NCBI RefSeq assembly: GCF_016432865.1
Contig: NC_067399.1
Coordinates: forward strand, 515,158,001-515,222,000
Length of the DNA stretch: 64,000 nucleotides
Reading direction: 5' to 3'
From: Antechinus flavipes
Lineage: Eukaryota
This document shows, in pieces, positions 1-13,400 of this stretch. How positions within the stretch are numbered: the stretch's first letter is position 1; every line of letters starts with the position of its first letter. The notes beneath the pieces are model-generated. The model saw only the letters and a program-made list of their open reading frames with translations. It searched no databases and had not been told where the DNA came from. The translations under genes were made by a program, and so were the position numbers.

Positions 1-32
1 AATTTTCTACCCAACCTCTCCTTTGTCCCCAG

Positions 33-1159
33 CTGGATGGCTACACCCAGAACTACTTAGTCTCTGGACTCGCTGTGCCCGGGTCCCCCCAAAGGAGCTC
101 CGATATCGGCGACCCCAAGAACCAGAGTCTGTAATTGAGCAATTAGAGGAAAGGCGAAAGGCTGAGACTATCAGTGAAATCGAGGTGCCTGGTCAATTCC
201 ACTCAATGAATCGATCCCTCCAAATCCTAGTTTACCTTAATTCAAATCTTTGGGGTTTGAATTACAGCAAAGGCCCAGCGCACTACACCAAAGTAGAGAC
301 TCCAACTTAGCAAACCTCTTGGAAATATTCATCACTGCCCCTTCTCCCTCTCCCTTAGATTCTTCGAGATATACAAGAGCCCAGCGGTCCCCTATTACAG
401 TCTTCAGGTAAATCTTGGGAGAATATGAGTAGAAATGATAACATGAAGGGTTAGACCCTCTCAGACCATTTTCTCCACAACAGAACTCTCCTTGGAGACT
501 ACTGAGGAAGAGCGATCCCGTCTCAGTTTCATTCCTCCTGAAGAGAGGTGGTAAGGGACAAAGATATTAAGGGAAGAAAGCTTGGTGAGAGGGAAGTGTT
601 TTTCTGTTGCCACTATGACCACCACCTCACGGGTGACATCTGTGTCCTCCAAGGGGCTTAGGTGAGGTTGAAGTGGAGGTGCCTGTGCTGCCTGTGGTCC
701 CTGAACTACCAGAAGTGCCTGAACTCCCCTTGCAGCTGGTCCCAGATGAGCAACTTCTCTCCCCAGAGGCCTTGCAAAGGTATTGATGGGAACAGGGAGA
801 AGAGAGGACGATGGGGTCTAGAGGTAGCCCAAAGTACACTGAACTTGGCATTTCTTGGCCTGGGCAGGGCTATCACAGTGGAGTTACAGGCTTCCGGACA
901 AATAGACTTCAACAACCTCATTCCTCCCTTTGCCCCTCGTTTGGCGGCTGCTCGGGCCTTCTACTTGCTTCTTGGTAAGCCAAGGATAGTGGATGGGTGG
1001 GCAGACGGAGCACAGTGCTTGGCCCAGACTTCCCTTACCACAGTCTATCCACTCTATCCCCTTTCAGTGCTGTCTACACAGCAGGTTGTGTATGTGGAGC
1101 AAGAAGAACCCTATGGCAGTCTCCTCATCCGGCCAGGGCCTGGGAACCACCGCCATTAG
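33..1159 (+). CDS. REC8: Meiotic cohesin kleisin REC8, last six coding exons (5' part outside the window)
   Basis: Exons 33-184, 359-407, 484-550, 654-779, 868-974, 1068-1159, all GT-AG with matching phases. Translation includes WLHPELLSLWTRCA, SEIEILR and AAARAFYLLLVLSTQQVVYVEQEEPYGSLLIRPGP (Rad21/Rec8 C-terminal winged helix). Stop TAG at 1157-1159. Confidence 0.95.
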
Positions 1160-1260
1160 AGACCCTTCTCTTTGAATGTGGCAGAAGACAACATATTTAC
1201 CTGCTGTATGATAAATCCTATGTTTCCCTGTTACCCACCCACAAGCTACAGTTCATCCAA

Positions 1261-1266
1261 AATAAA
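1261..1266 (+). terminator. Poly(A) signal AATAAA of REC8
   Basis: First AATAAA, about 100 nt after the REC8 stop. Confidence 0.75.
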
Positions 1267-1271
1267 TGGAC

Positions 1272-1277
1272 TTTATT
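1272..1277 (-). terminator. Poly(A) signal AATAAA of IPO4
   Basis: TTTATT on +, about 195 nt past the IPO4 stop on the minus strand. Confidence 0.75.
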
Positions 1278-1470
1278 CAAATCAGAAGTTAAACCCTTGT
1301 CCGTAAAGTCCAATACAGTAACAGAACCAGCCCCAGGGATGGCTCCCACAAGGCCACTGTCCTGGGGATGGGGATCTTTGGCAGGCACCCAGATGGAGCC
1401 AAGGCAGTAAACAGTTCCCCCTGGGAAGGACAGCTTTCCCTTTTTGATCCAGGAGGTCACTTTCCAGGCC

Positions 1471-4400
1471 CTAGGTAGGGCTGAGCGCAGCCTGAAGTTC
1501 CTGGGCTTTGTCAGGGGACAGAGAGCACAGTGCTTCCTGGAATTTGTCTCTGTGCTGCTGGGCCAAATGAGTCAGGAGCAGCAGCAAGGCAGCCTTGGTT
1601 TCTGGGAGTGGACAAGGAGAGTGCAGGTCACTAAGAAGGACAATAGGCATGATTCACCATAATCATTTTCCCACCTAACCAACCTACAGTCCCCCCTCCT
1701 CCAAGTTAACTCTACTCACCCTGTGGGACTTTGCTGGCACTTAGAGTAATACTGCATAGTTTAAGGATCTCAGGAGCAACTTCAACCACCTGAAAGGAAA
1801 TTGGGGGAGGAATTAGGTTACAGTAACTCCTATAACTCCTGCCTCCCTGCCCTTCCCCCCAGTATACAAAGAGACCAAGAATGGGGTGAGAGAACCAGAA
1901 CTAAGGTTCCAAGGCTGGGTACCTGCTCAGGGAAGGTCTGATAAAGGAAATTGAAAAATTTCCCCATAGTAACCCATTCTTCCAAGTCCTCCTTCAGTGG
2001 TAATGCATGGAACAGGGTGGTCAGCACCTAAACAAAGAGTCAGTTGAGTGGAGAACCCTTCTTCTCTGCTTGAAGCCCCCCTTGCATTCTCTTCTCCTGG
2101 ATCCCTTTCCTTTCTACTTTGTATACTTAGCATTCCCTCCTTTCTCCTCTTACCTGTTTCTGGGGCTTTCCTGTGGGGTTAGCCATCATTAAGCGTGCAA
2201 AGGCCCCACAAATATTGTCACGAACACGGTTCTGGCATTCCCGGGTAATGAGTGATGACAGAAACTCCAGAATCTTATGGCATTGCCTAGGCTGTAGTCA
2301 AGGAACAGGGCCTACAGGCAGGCCTCTCTCCACAGATCCTGGCCCAATACCCCAAACCCCCACCCACAATGGTGGGATGTAGCACAAAGAGCACCGGACT
2401 AGGAATCAGAAGGTTTGGGCTATAGTCCAGCTCTGCCACTAGATCATGAGCAAATGACTTCACTTTTCTGAGTTTCGGTTTCCTCATCTGTAAAATGAGG
2501 GGGTTGAGCATTGGTTCCAGAGGAGTGATGATAAAACAGACCTCCCCCCTCAGGAGAGAGGTGGGGGCTATGGCCATGGAATGCCGGCCACCCTCTCTGG
2601 TTTTGCTTTATATGTAGAGGGAGATATATTAGAAAAAACACATCAGCAAATGTCCAAGGGAATGGACAAGACACTATTCTCTTAGGCCCCTCCCATGGCC
2701 CCACCAGCTGCCCCAGCAATGAGGATACTCGAGGGCAGGGCGGCCCCCATGCTCCATCAGCACGCCCAGCCCAAAGACTGCATTGCTCCGAACCTCAGCA
2801 TCTGAGTCTCGGCCAGCACCCAGCAGTACCGGTAGCAGCCGTGACACAAACTGGGCTGAAGAGGGCCCCAGGCCTTGCATGGCCTCTGCCAGGGTTCCCA
2901 CTGCAAACGACTTCTCAGCCACGGAGCAGCTTGGCTTCTGTTGAGGGTAGAAGGAAACAGTCAGGCCAGGGGAAGTATGGGGTGCACAAGTGGGGTCAGA
3001 GCTGGGAACTGGAATTCGGACATGTGGAGAGGGAAAACAGGGAAGCCAGGTTGCAGGGGTCAGCAGTTAAAGGAGGGGAATCACTCACTGCCTTCCGGAG
3101 CAGCAGAGGTAAGAAACCAGCAAAGAAGGGGGCGAAGGTCTCTCCTCCCGAGGCGCTTGCCAAAGTTGGAATGATTTCCCCTGCATGCTCCAGCAGCATG
3201 GCGTCGTACTCCGCCTGTGGGGCCGATCTAGTCAGGGTAGCACCTGGAACACCAGGATCCCATCCATCCCAGACAACCCTCCCAACTCCTGAGAGGAATT
3301 AAGGTACAGGGATCTCATGAAGGATCTCCCCATTTCTGAAACCTTTCTCTCCAACCATTTTACTCATCAAACCTTTTTGCCCCCATTCTTTCAAACACGC
3401 CCACTCCAATAGAACCACACTTTGAATAACAACCTCCTCCTAATCTCCCTCCAACCTGTGAATCTTTCTCTAACCATCCAAGCCCTCAGTGATCTCTCTG
3501 CTTTCTCTTCTATCACTCTCCATCACCATCACACATTTTACAATTAATTTTCTCATATATTTTGGTTTGCTCTATAATTAGTTGTTAAAACTACAGCTAT
3601 ACAATCCATATAAATCATGTCTTTTTAATCTCTCTTTTAAGGCTTAGCTTAGTGCTGGACAAATAACAGACACTCAGTAATACTGATTAACCAACCATGG
3701 CTTCCAGACTGTCCCCACTTCCATATACACACATGGTTTTCTCAGCCCCTGTCTCTTACCTGTTCTATCTCATCTTCTTCTTCCTCTTCCGGGTCCTGAC
3801 AGGCTATCTGGAAAATCAGGTAAATTGGTCAGTAAGGTCAGAGGTGGATGTTAAGGGCCGTACAGCAAGACCAGGCTCAAGACTTCCAGTGTGGGGCATT
3901 CCAGCCCTGCTGCCTGACGGGAGCTTTCTCACCTTCTTCTGCAGCACAGCTTTGATGACAGTACAGATCTCTGACAATCGGCTGGGAGGCTGGAGCACAG
4001 ATGATCCACAGTTCCGGAGAACGTTGTTCAGAGCCTCCAGCACGGCCATGACCACCAGTCGCTCACGTTCCATGTTCACCGCCTGCAGATAAGCCGGGAT
4101 CATCCGGCCCAGGGCTGTCTGTAGTACTGGAAAAGCAAAGTTGCCCTGACACACCTGGTCCCACTCAGGACCCTGCTGCGGCTCTGCCCTTGGTGCCAGA
4201 CCCCTTGTGGAGCTGGGCCTGCCTCCTTACCAAAGCTGTTCTGCTCTGAGGGGATGAGCTGGGAAACCTTGTACAGAGAATGGCAAAACCGGCCCAAGTT
4301 TTCATAAGCTGACTTCCGGACGTTTATGTGGGGACACTGGTGAGGAGGAAAGGGAGAGACCAAGCACAGCTTAAAACCTGCCTGCTGTATGGCAAAGCTG

Positions 4401-7400
4401 GCTGTCTTCCCAGATCCCCCGGCCAAGACCCTCACCTCCAAGAGTTTGAACACTTCCTCAAAGGCAGTTTCCATGTATGGAAGGAAGGCTATGCTAAGAA
4501 CAAAAATACCAGTGTCAGGGAAGGGCTTCATCAGAGAAGGAGATGAGATCAGGAGGACAGTGCAGGGATTACCTGGCATTTACAGAAATCTCTCCCAGGG
4601 CAGCGCAGGTGTCTTCCTTCTCATCGAAGAAAGCATTCTCTACATTATACCTTGAAAAAAAGAGAGAAATTCAAAAATTGAATAAACATATACTAAGTGG
4701 AACAATAGAAAGCATGGAGTGGAGAAGAGAGGAGGATCGGGCACATGACTGCCCATACCTGGTCCTGATCAGGACATGAGTAGGGAAGTCTCTCTCTCCT
4801 CAACAGGAATCTCTCAACCCCATCTACCTGTCATCTCAGGGCTTACTGTTACTATACCCTGGCTCCCTACAAGAAGGCATTGCGTGGAGGCAACAGAGGG
4901 CTCCCTTAATGAATCCCAATACCTACTTCCTACTCTGGAACCTCGAAATGGACCCTAGAATATTTCTGTTTGAAGACAGTACTTACAAGCTATACTGACT
5001 AGTTGCCATAAAGTCACAGCCCTTTATTTATCACTAAAGTCCAGCTTCGTGACTTCTTGTTTCTTTATCAATGGTTCTAGGAGAATGAAGCTAGAATCCA
5101 TTATTATGGGGGTTAGGGAGTTTGAAGGACTCCTTGATCCACTACTGGATGGAAATGACCATCTGTTATGTCCAGTATAACCACCAAAACATCAAAAAGT
5201 CCTTCCTAACAATGAGAAACTAAGTAGACTGCCCAGTTCCCTCATATTTACTCTAGTAAAAAACAACAACAACCAAAACAACCTTGATATTCACAACAGG
5301 CTGAATAAAGATAAAAAAATTCAATGAGAAACCACAGTAAATGACTTCTGTCCTACAACTGCACAAAACATCAGCCAGAAGCCCATAAGCAATAGGAATT
5401 GGGGCTACTTGTGATCCTAGTGTCAACGCAGGCAAATATTTTAGTCAAATGTTTCCTAGCTGGACCACTGATAGGCCAGAGAAATATGGAACCTGCAATG
5501 ATCTGTGTCTGGAGGCAAATGAATAAAAAAGAAAGCCAGGAGAAAAACAGACCCGGGCAACTGCAGAGTAACAGCCTTGGTACAAAGCCCAAATATAGGA
5601 ATTACAAAGTTGGAGAGGTGAATAAACCAAAGCTGTAATGTTCTTTGATTCAGTTTTCTTGGAGTCTCTGGGAGCAGCCTTCTTTTCAGTTTAGTAATCA
5701 CCATAAGAGTAGCCAGGTGTTAGAAAGTCCAGATCCTTTATTTTCTCCTTCCTAGGGGTGGGGCAGCTTTCTAGAGAGTCTTTCAGAGTCTTGGTTTCAG
5801 TGAAGAAAATGCAGGAGGAGAGGAAGCTGACCAAAGATCAAATGAATCTTTCTCCTTGGTCCTAAGAGCTTGAGCTCCACCCCCAGTCCTTTGTCTTCTC
5901 TGATCTCTCCATGAATGACTCTAGCTGAGGCTCCTAGCTTATATGCTCTACACTGAGTATAAACCAATCATTATATCACTAAGAAACCATTATTTGTTGT
6001 AAGATTAAATCAATCATACTGAACTTGGAGGACTATTAAGTACCATGCTAAACTAGATAACCATTGTCTCATCAATTCTACTTAGTACCTTGTAAGGATT
6101 CTTTGTTTCAAGTTCAGAGTTCTGGCCTATAACACAAAGTCACTAACCAGTACAAAAAAATTACTTAGAGATGACTCCAAATCCAGGAAATACTAACTAT
6201 AAGAGAAGCGATTCAAAGGGAAAAATGGACTATATAAATTCCTAGAAGAAATTATGCAAGATAAAAAATGAGATAAAAGCTCTAAAGGAAAGATGAGTAA
6301 GGAAAATATCGTTTGGAAAAGAGAGTGATAAATTTTACCCTTTCTGAAAACGAGACCAAACCTATATCAGTGATCTTGAGATAAGAAACATCAGCACAAA
6401 ACCAAGAATGGGGGGGGGGGGGGGGAGGAACCAACAGAACATTAAGACATCAAATAACACTTCACCTGGAAAATAGGTCAGGGACAGTCCCTGAAAACTG
6501 TGATTTTTAAAAATCTGAGTACTTTATTACTTATTTCAAGAAATTAGATCCAAAGGATAATGTGAAGAGTAGACAAATCCATTGATTATTTCCTGAAAGG
6601 AATCCAAAAAGGAAAAATCCCAGGAAGGTCAGGGCCAAAATCCAGAGCTTCCACACTGAAGGACTCAAGAATTCCAAGAAACCAGAATCAGGATCACATA
6701 ATATCTGGCAGCTCATATTACAGCTTGGAAGACAAGATTCCAAAAGACAAGTTTTACAATTGAGAATAATGAACCCTGCAAAACTGAATATTATTCCACA
6801 GCAAGGAGATGGGGAGGAGGAATGGACCTTTAAAAGAACAAGAGAACTTTCAAGCATTTCCAATGAAAATAGTAGAGATGAACAGGAACTTCAAAAAACG
6901 AATACAAGAATCAAGAAACTTATAAAGGTAAATTTAAGCAACTGAAAGGTATGGCATGATGACAGAGTGCTAATGATAAACAGTGTCTTCAAATCTTCAA
7001 AGACTAATGAGAGAATTAAATGGGAAAAAGAGGAACTGTGGTAAAGAGGGTTAAATTGATTTTGTTCTGATGGGATTTATAATTGCAGAGAAAAAAGAAG
7101 GTAAAAGGAATATAACATACTAATGTAGAAAGGAGGAAAATGGGGATAGAATTGGGGTTCCTAAGATTATGAAAACATGAAGAAAGAGGGAGGAGAATAC
7201 TAGCACCAGATGAACATTACTCAATAAAAAGTTGAACCTATACATAGTTTGACATAGAAATATAGCAAATTCAACAGAAAAACAGGAGATAAGAAGAGGA
7301 AGTTTAAAAAGGAGAGGATAGTCATGAGCAAAACAAACTTTCTGATCCTAATGGGGAGATAAAAAGGAGGGAAAGAGAATCAGAATCTAAGAGTATAGTC

Positions 7401-10400
7401 TTAATTTACCTCTTAAGTTTTAGCTAGGAACAGATGTCTATGAATGTAATAGAATATTATTGCAAGATAAAGTAAGCACAACCAAGAGAATGATTTACAG
7501 AACGGCAGCAATACTGTAGAAAAATAAGTGAAAGATACAAGAACTCTCAATCAATGTAGAATTTGCTTTGATTTGATTGATTGAATCAACGAACAATCCT
7601 ATTTTCAAAGGACCTATGATAAAGTATGATACTTACCTCCTGAGTGTAGTTATGGACTCATGGGTCATAAAGAAGTCCATGTTTCCAGACCCGGCCACTA
7701 CAATCATTTTGTTTGGCTATACTTATTTGTTACAATGTGCTGGGTTTTTTCTTGTCTTTAAGGGGAAAGGGGAAGAGTTGGGGGAAGGGAAGGAATTAAT
7801 GATAATGATGGCAAAAAGAGAGACCATTAAAATGTTTTTTGAAAAATGTAGATGACAATGCAAGAAACTTCAGAAGGAAGCAGAGAAAAATAAGACAACT
7901 TTAAAATTAACATGTGGAATTTATAATATATATATATAAAGCAAGTGGTATTAAATGGACATTCAGTTTCATATGCAATCTTTTTATGTTCTGTATGTTT
8001 ATGGAAAAATTAATTTTCTGGTGTTCAAAAACATTTAGTTCAAAAAAAAAAAAGGCTTACTATTTAGATTAAAAAAAAAACAAACCAAACACTTGTTTTA
8101 AAACAGGAAGACAAGCACAATATTAGAACAAAACAGCACATACGTTGTTAGACAAAGTGTCTGTATTTACTGTTTTTGCTTATTGTTTTTGTCACAGGAA
8201 AGGGTTTGATCTGGGGTGGAAAATGTCTGTGATATAAAACCAAGACATCAATAATATGTATTTAAAATACCACTACCACCACCACCACCACCTAACAACA
8301 AAAGCACAGTTATGAACTGGATTTGAAAGTCTAATATCATCACATATAGGTAGTGATCTACTTTATCCTGTTTCATTGAAATCATATGAGAAAAGCAACA
8401 ATGCTTCAGTTTTCCATGATTACTGAGTATTTAATACCAAAACTTAGGCTTTAGGACACCATGTCCAACTAGGAACCAAAGCCATGATACAAATGCAGAA
8501 TAATACTTAACTATGCACCATCCCTCTCTACTTTGAGATCAGGCAAAGAAATAAGTATTGTATATGACTTCAGTGAAACCCCTGTGAATACAAATCATCT
8601 AGGTGATTTACCTAATCACCTGTCTTCCCACTGCCCTCCATCATCATAGGACTTTTGGGAGTGTAACCTCTAGTCATAGGACTCTCCCCAACCCCAACAA
8701 TTCCCACTCTAGTAACAAGTAAGCAGTCTTTGTTACAAGGGTAACTTTCTGAGTGCTGAGTAGGAATATATCCAGAAATGAAGGAAGTGTAAAAACAAAA
8801 CATCATTCTATTTACCATGTCTGAAATAAGTACTCACTCTCAGGATCATGAGACCTTTCCATCTGATTATAGCTGAAATTTCACAAGTGTGAAATCTCTA
8901 CCATCAAAATGTGAACAAGACTAAAAGCACTGTCTCTGTCTCTATTCTTCTATTTAAATCCCTAGCACTTAACACAGGACTTTGCATGTAACAAACAAGA
9001 CAAATATCTATCCATTCATTCATCTTGGACCTACAATCCCATCCATGAAAATGACTCCCCAGTTTACTTCTCTAGTCCCTAATTCCTCTTCTGAGCTTCA
9101 ATCCCATATTACCAGCCACCTGTGATTATCTGCACTTGAAAGTTTCATTGACAATTCAAACTCAACACATGCTAAAAAGAACTGGCTTTCTCTAAATCTT
9201 TTCTTCCTACTGAGATCACCAATATCCTAGTCTATGCAGGTTCACAACTTTGATGTCATTCTTGACTCTTTCCTCTCCTTCCCATAGCCAGACAAAACAA
9301 TTAAGTGTCTATTCCACTTCTATTCTAGTTCTTGTCTCCCCCTTTTCTCCATTCCAGTCATTCACCATCCTGGTTTCCCTGGGACAACATCAGCACCTTT
9401 GTAGTTGCTTTCCCTATTTCCAAGCTTACCCTCTAATCCATCCTCCTACACAGCTGATAAAATAATCCTTCTACAGCAGAAATCTGACCACATCACCTCC
9501 CCAGTTCAGAAATTCAGTAGCTCCCTATCATCTTCAGAGTTAAAATGCAAACTCATCAGTTAAGTACTTTTAGCCCTTCATAATCCAGTTCCAACACCAG
9601 CATTCTTTTTCTAGGCTCAGGTCAAGTCTCTCCTTCAAGAATTCTAAGATCACATCAAATTTACATACCTGCTATTCCTCATAGTTAACATTCCCTCTCC
9701 CCCAAATCAATATCTTGGTGTAGATTATCCTTCATGGCTAGAAAGCAGACACCTCTAAGTATTCTAAGTTTTCTTAATGACTCAGATTAAGGACTCCATT
9801 CTATAGAAGACTTTTTTGATTCCAATAGAAGTTAAGGCTTTCAACTTCCTTATTTCCTGATATTTCTCTCAATAGAATATAAGCTCCTTGAGGGCAGGGA
9901 CAACTCCTCTTCCCTCCCCCTCTTTGTCCTCCCTTTTATCTCCAGTGCCTAACATAGCATCTGACCTGTGGTAAATCAATAAGCAATAAATGCTGATTGA
10001 ATTGTTAAACTGAGGTGGCTAAATACGTTCCAAGTACTGGTGTTACAGAAACACAAATAGGCTCTGTTTCCAAGAAACTTAATTTCAACCAAAGATAATA
10101 CAGTATGTACAGAGGTAAATATAACACAAGGCAAATTTAGGAGACAAAGAACATTAGTAACTGGATAAAATCAACCTCAGCTTCAGAGAGGAAAGAGGTG
10201 GCAGCTGTGGAGGCCAGCCACAGCTTCCGATTAATGAGGCATCTCTATGACTTCCACTTCGATCCCAGAACATGGCTGACACTCCCTGCTCCACCAGCCA
10301 TCTTTGCCTCCCCCACATTTGGTTTCATACCCTGAAATATCAGAGTCCTCCTCTTCTTCCTCAGTATCTTCATCCATCAGCTCTTCCTCATCTTCCTCTT

Positions 10401-13400
10401 CTTCCTCAGACTCATCAAAAAGCAGGAAGGGAGTGCTTGTGTCATAGAGAGGCTGCAAGAGGAGTTGTCAGGGTTAACAGGATCTTGTTCCAGCTTCCTA
10501 CCCGTGAGATACTGGCCAGCTCATCTTCTTCTCCACTGTTCCCAGTCCCATCCTTACCACAATGCCCTCAGTTGAGCGCAGTGATGACATCATAAGTGTG
10601 GTGATTTTTGGTAAATGGGGAGCCAGTCCCTCACCAATCAGTCCTGACAATGCTGCAAACAGACTATACCTTTTAAGGGAAGCAGATCAAGAGAAAGAGG
10701 TAAAGTACAGCCCTATCAGAAAAGGGACGAGCAGAACAGGAAATCAGACCAAAGGTAGGGGAGAAAGGGGAGATAACAAGGAACAGCAACAAATTAAGGA
10801 TACGGACAAGAGATCCTGAATTAGTCAGATATGAGAATTTGGGCGAGTGAGATAGTTGGTTTCCCTAACCCCCATTCCTTATTTCAGATTGCTCACGTGC
10901 ATCGACGCATGTCAGGATCATCCACTTGGTCACAGAGGCGCAGTCCCAGGTTGAAACACTCCTCAGCCAATGGCTTCATGGGTTCCCCCACTGCTCGAGC
11001 CAGAGTTCCGAGAGTTTCTAAGAAAAGTCAAGAAGAATAGGGAGAAAGTACAGCATTCAAAACTGGATAGGCTAACATAGATAAAATGGGCTAAATGAGG
11101 GGAAGCATATGAGATCAGTCAGGAATCAAGATGCCAAAAACGAGGTGAATAAACTCATCAGAATTTAAGACCACAAGAACTTGAGGGGGCCAAAACAAAG
11201 CTTCCAATATAGTCTCTAAGCATTTCTTATCTAATCAGCAGAAATCTGTTAGGTGAAATAGGGAATAATAAAGTGGAGAGACATGTGGAAAGGGTGTTTT
11301 GTGAGAGGGTGAAAGGAAGAAGTGCTCACCAAGACTCTGGATTTGCACAGATCGAAGGTCCTCACGCCCAGTCAACAGGTATTCCCGGAGGTGTTCCATG
11401 ATAGTGGGGAAGTAAGGTATCAGGGAGCTTTGGGCCGCACTGGCTGTAGGAATGGTGAAGTTAGCAGTACTAGAAGATGGGAAAGACCCTCACAAATATA
11501 TTCTTTGGGGAAGCCTGCATAATACATTTTCCAGGCAGTCAAAATATAGCCCTTTCACCCCAACCTGGGCAGCCCTATCACCCCACCTCACCGATGGCCC
11601 CTATCGCGCTCACAGCCAACTCCTTGGCTCGGGGGCTGGCAGGTTCTCTAAGGGGCTGTAGCATCCGCTCCATTAGCTCTTGGAGGTATGGTTCCACATC
11701 TTGTCCTATGGATAACAGAATTACAGAGCTAGAAGGGAAACCACACAGTTCAAATCTCATTTTGTAGGTGAGGAAACCATGGCCTAAGTCACACAGGTAT
11801 TAAACCTCAAAGGCAAGATAAAAAAATCTAGTCTTATGTTTATATCAAATAGCTGTACCATGCTGAATGATCAGTCCAAAGTCCCTTGATTCATCACCCA
11901 GCTCTAGACCCAGCCTTAAATTCACTTTCTATCAAGTGAGGAATAACCAAATGAACCTGCCCCAGGATGAGGCACTATCTAAGAGAACAATGCAAATGCA
12001 GCTGCAAACATATTTCCATGCCATCCATCTTAAAGTAATGGCTACACCACTCTATAGTCACTGCCAAGTACCCCCCTCCACCTCTCTCCCTCCCTCATAC
12101 CCAAATTCTCCACAAAATTCTCGAGGGCGTAACAGGCCTTGGCGAGATGTCGAGTATTTCCAGGTGGCACAGACTGGAGGTATGACAGAAGCAGGGGCAT
12201 CACATCACAAGAGTAGTTGCTGATATTAGGCTAGAAAGAGGGACAAGAAGAGATCAGTCCAGGTGATGAAGAAGTTTGAATGAAGAGGTAGATGCAGTGT
12301 TGGCCATGAAATAGAGGCCTGTGGTAGGAGTTAAGGACCCAAGGTCCCCAAGAAAAAAAAGGAAGGACATGGCAGAGTGAGAGCTATTCTCTCTTACGTG
12401 GGAAGAACTTGGGGGGAGGAGGTGCCAGTTTCTACATTACCAACCTGTAGGTTCTCTGAGAACTGGCCCATAGCAAATAGAGCAGCACTGCGCACCACCT
12501 GGGAAGGATCAGCCAAACCCTTGCAAACAATCTGCAGCAGTGGGGTTAGCAATCTGGAAAGATGGCAGCAGATACAAGAAGAGAGGGTTTATGATAAAAG
12601 GAACACAGCAAAAAAAGGAAGCAGTTACTAGGAAAATCCTTTCTCTTCCCTCCTACTGGGAGCTTCATGTCTTTTCCTTTGTTCAAATATCTTCAGACCC
12701 TCATGCCCCATGACCTCATTTACTTTAGACCCAGGTCCTATTCTTCCTCCTTCCAGGGCATACCTCTGTCTGATATAATCACAAGCACCATCAGACAACA
12801 CAGCCAACACCAAAAGTCCAGCTTTTCGTTGATATGGGTTTTCTCCATGAAGGCTTTCATCCAGCAATGGCATCTAATAAAGGAGACAGATTCAGGCCTA
12901 AATCTCTTACCATTCTTTCACTCTGCTCTCCACCTTTCCAAGCCCAGTCAGGATCATCAGCTCCTTCCGCTAAAAAGGGTAGAGTCAGAGAATTTGGACC
13001 CCCCCCCCCATCCCAGCTCTGCAGCTGATTCATTCTGTGATTGTGAGCAAGGCACTTGACCTTTGCAGGCCCCCCATTTCCTCATCTGTAAAGTAAGTAC
13101 GAACTAGATGGTCTCTAATGTTTTGGATCTGCATGCCTAGTGCTGCCACAGAAATATCAGTGTCCAATTCATTACTACCAAAAAAATAGATTAGGTCAGG
13201 ATGAAGAAAGAACAGAGGTCAAGCTTCTCAATAACACTCACCAACTGTGAAAACAGTTTCTCTGGAGCCAGATGGAGAGCGAGTATGTCTATCACCTGAA
13301 AAAAAGAAGCTTTCAATTTCAATTCTGTTCTTTCCACTATCCTCCCACTCCCACCTTTCTACTTCTCTAGAACCTAAGCTGAGGCTTTCTTCCTTTACAT

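Noticed and set aside
2841-4655. Plus-strand ORFs of 70-153 aa opposite IPO4 exons
   Set aside because: They are antisense shadows of coding exons and cross introns without any signal of their own
8601-8621. Perfect 8-bp hairpin AGGTGATT-tacct-AATCACCT
   Set aside because: Several stems of this size are expected by chance in 64 kb
10670-10896. CCTTAA near the 3' end of IPO4 intron 17, resembling a U12 branch box
   Set aside because: The donor is GTGAGC (U2 type) and the motif is too close to the AG
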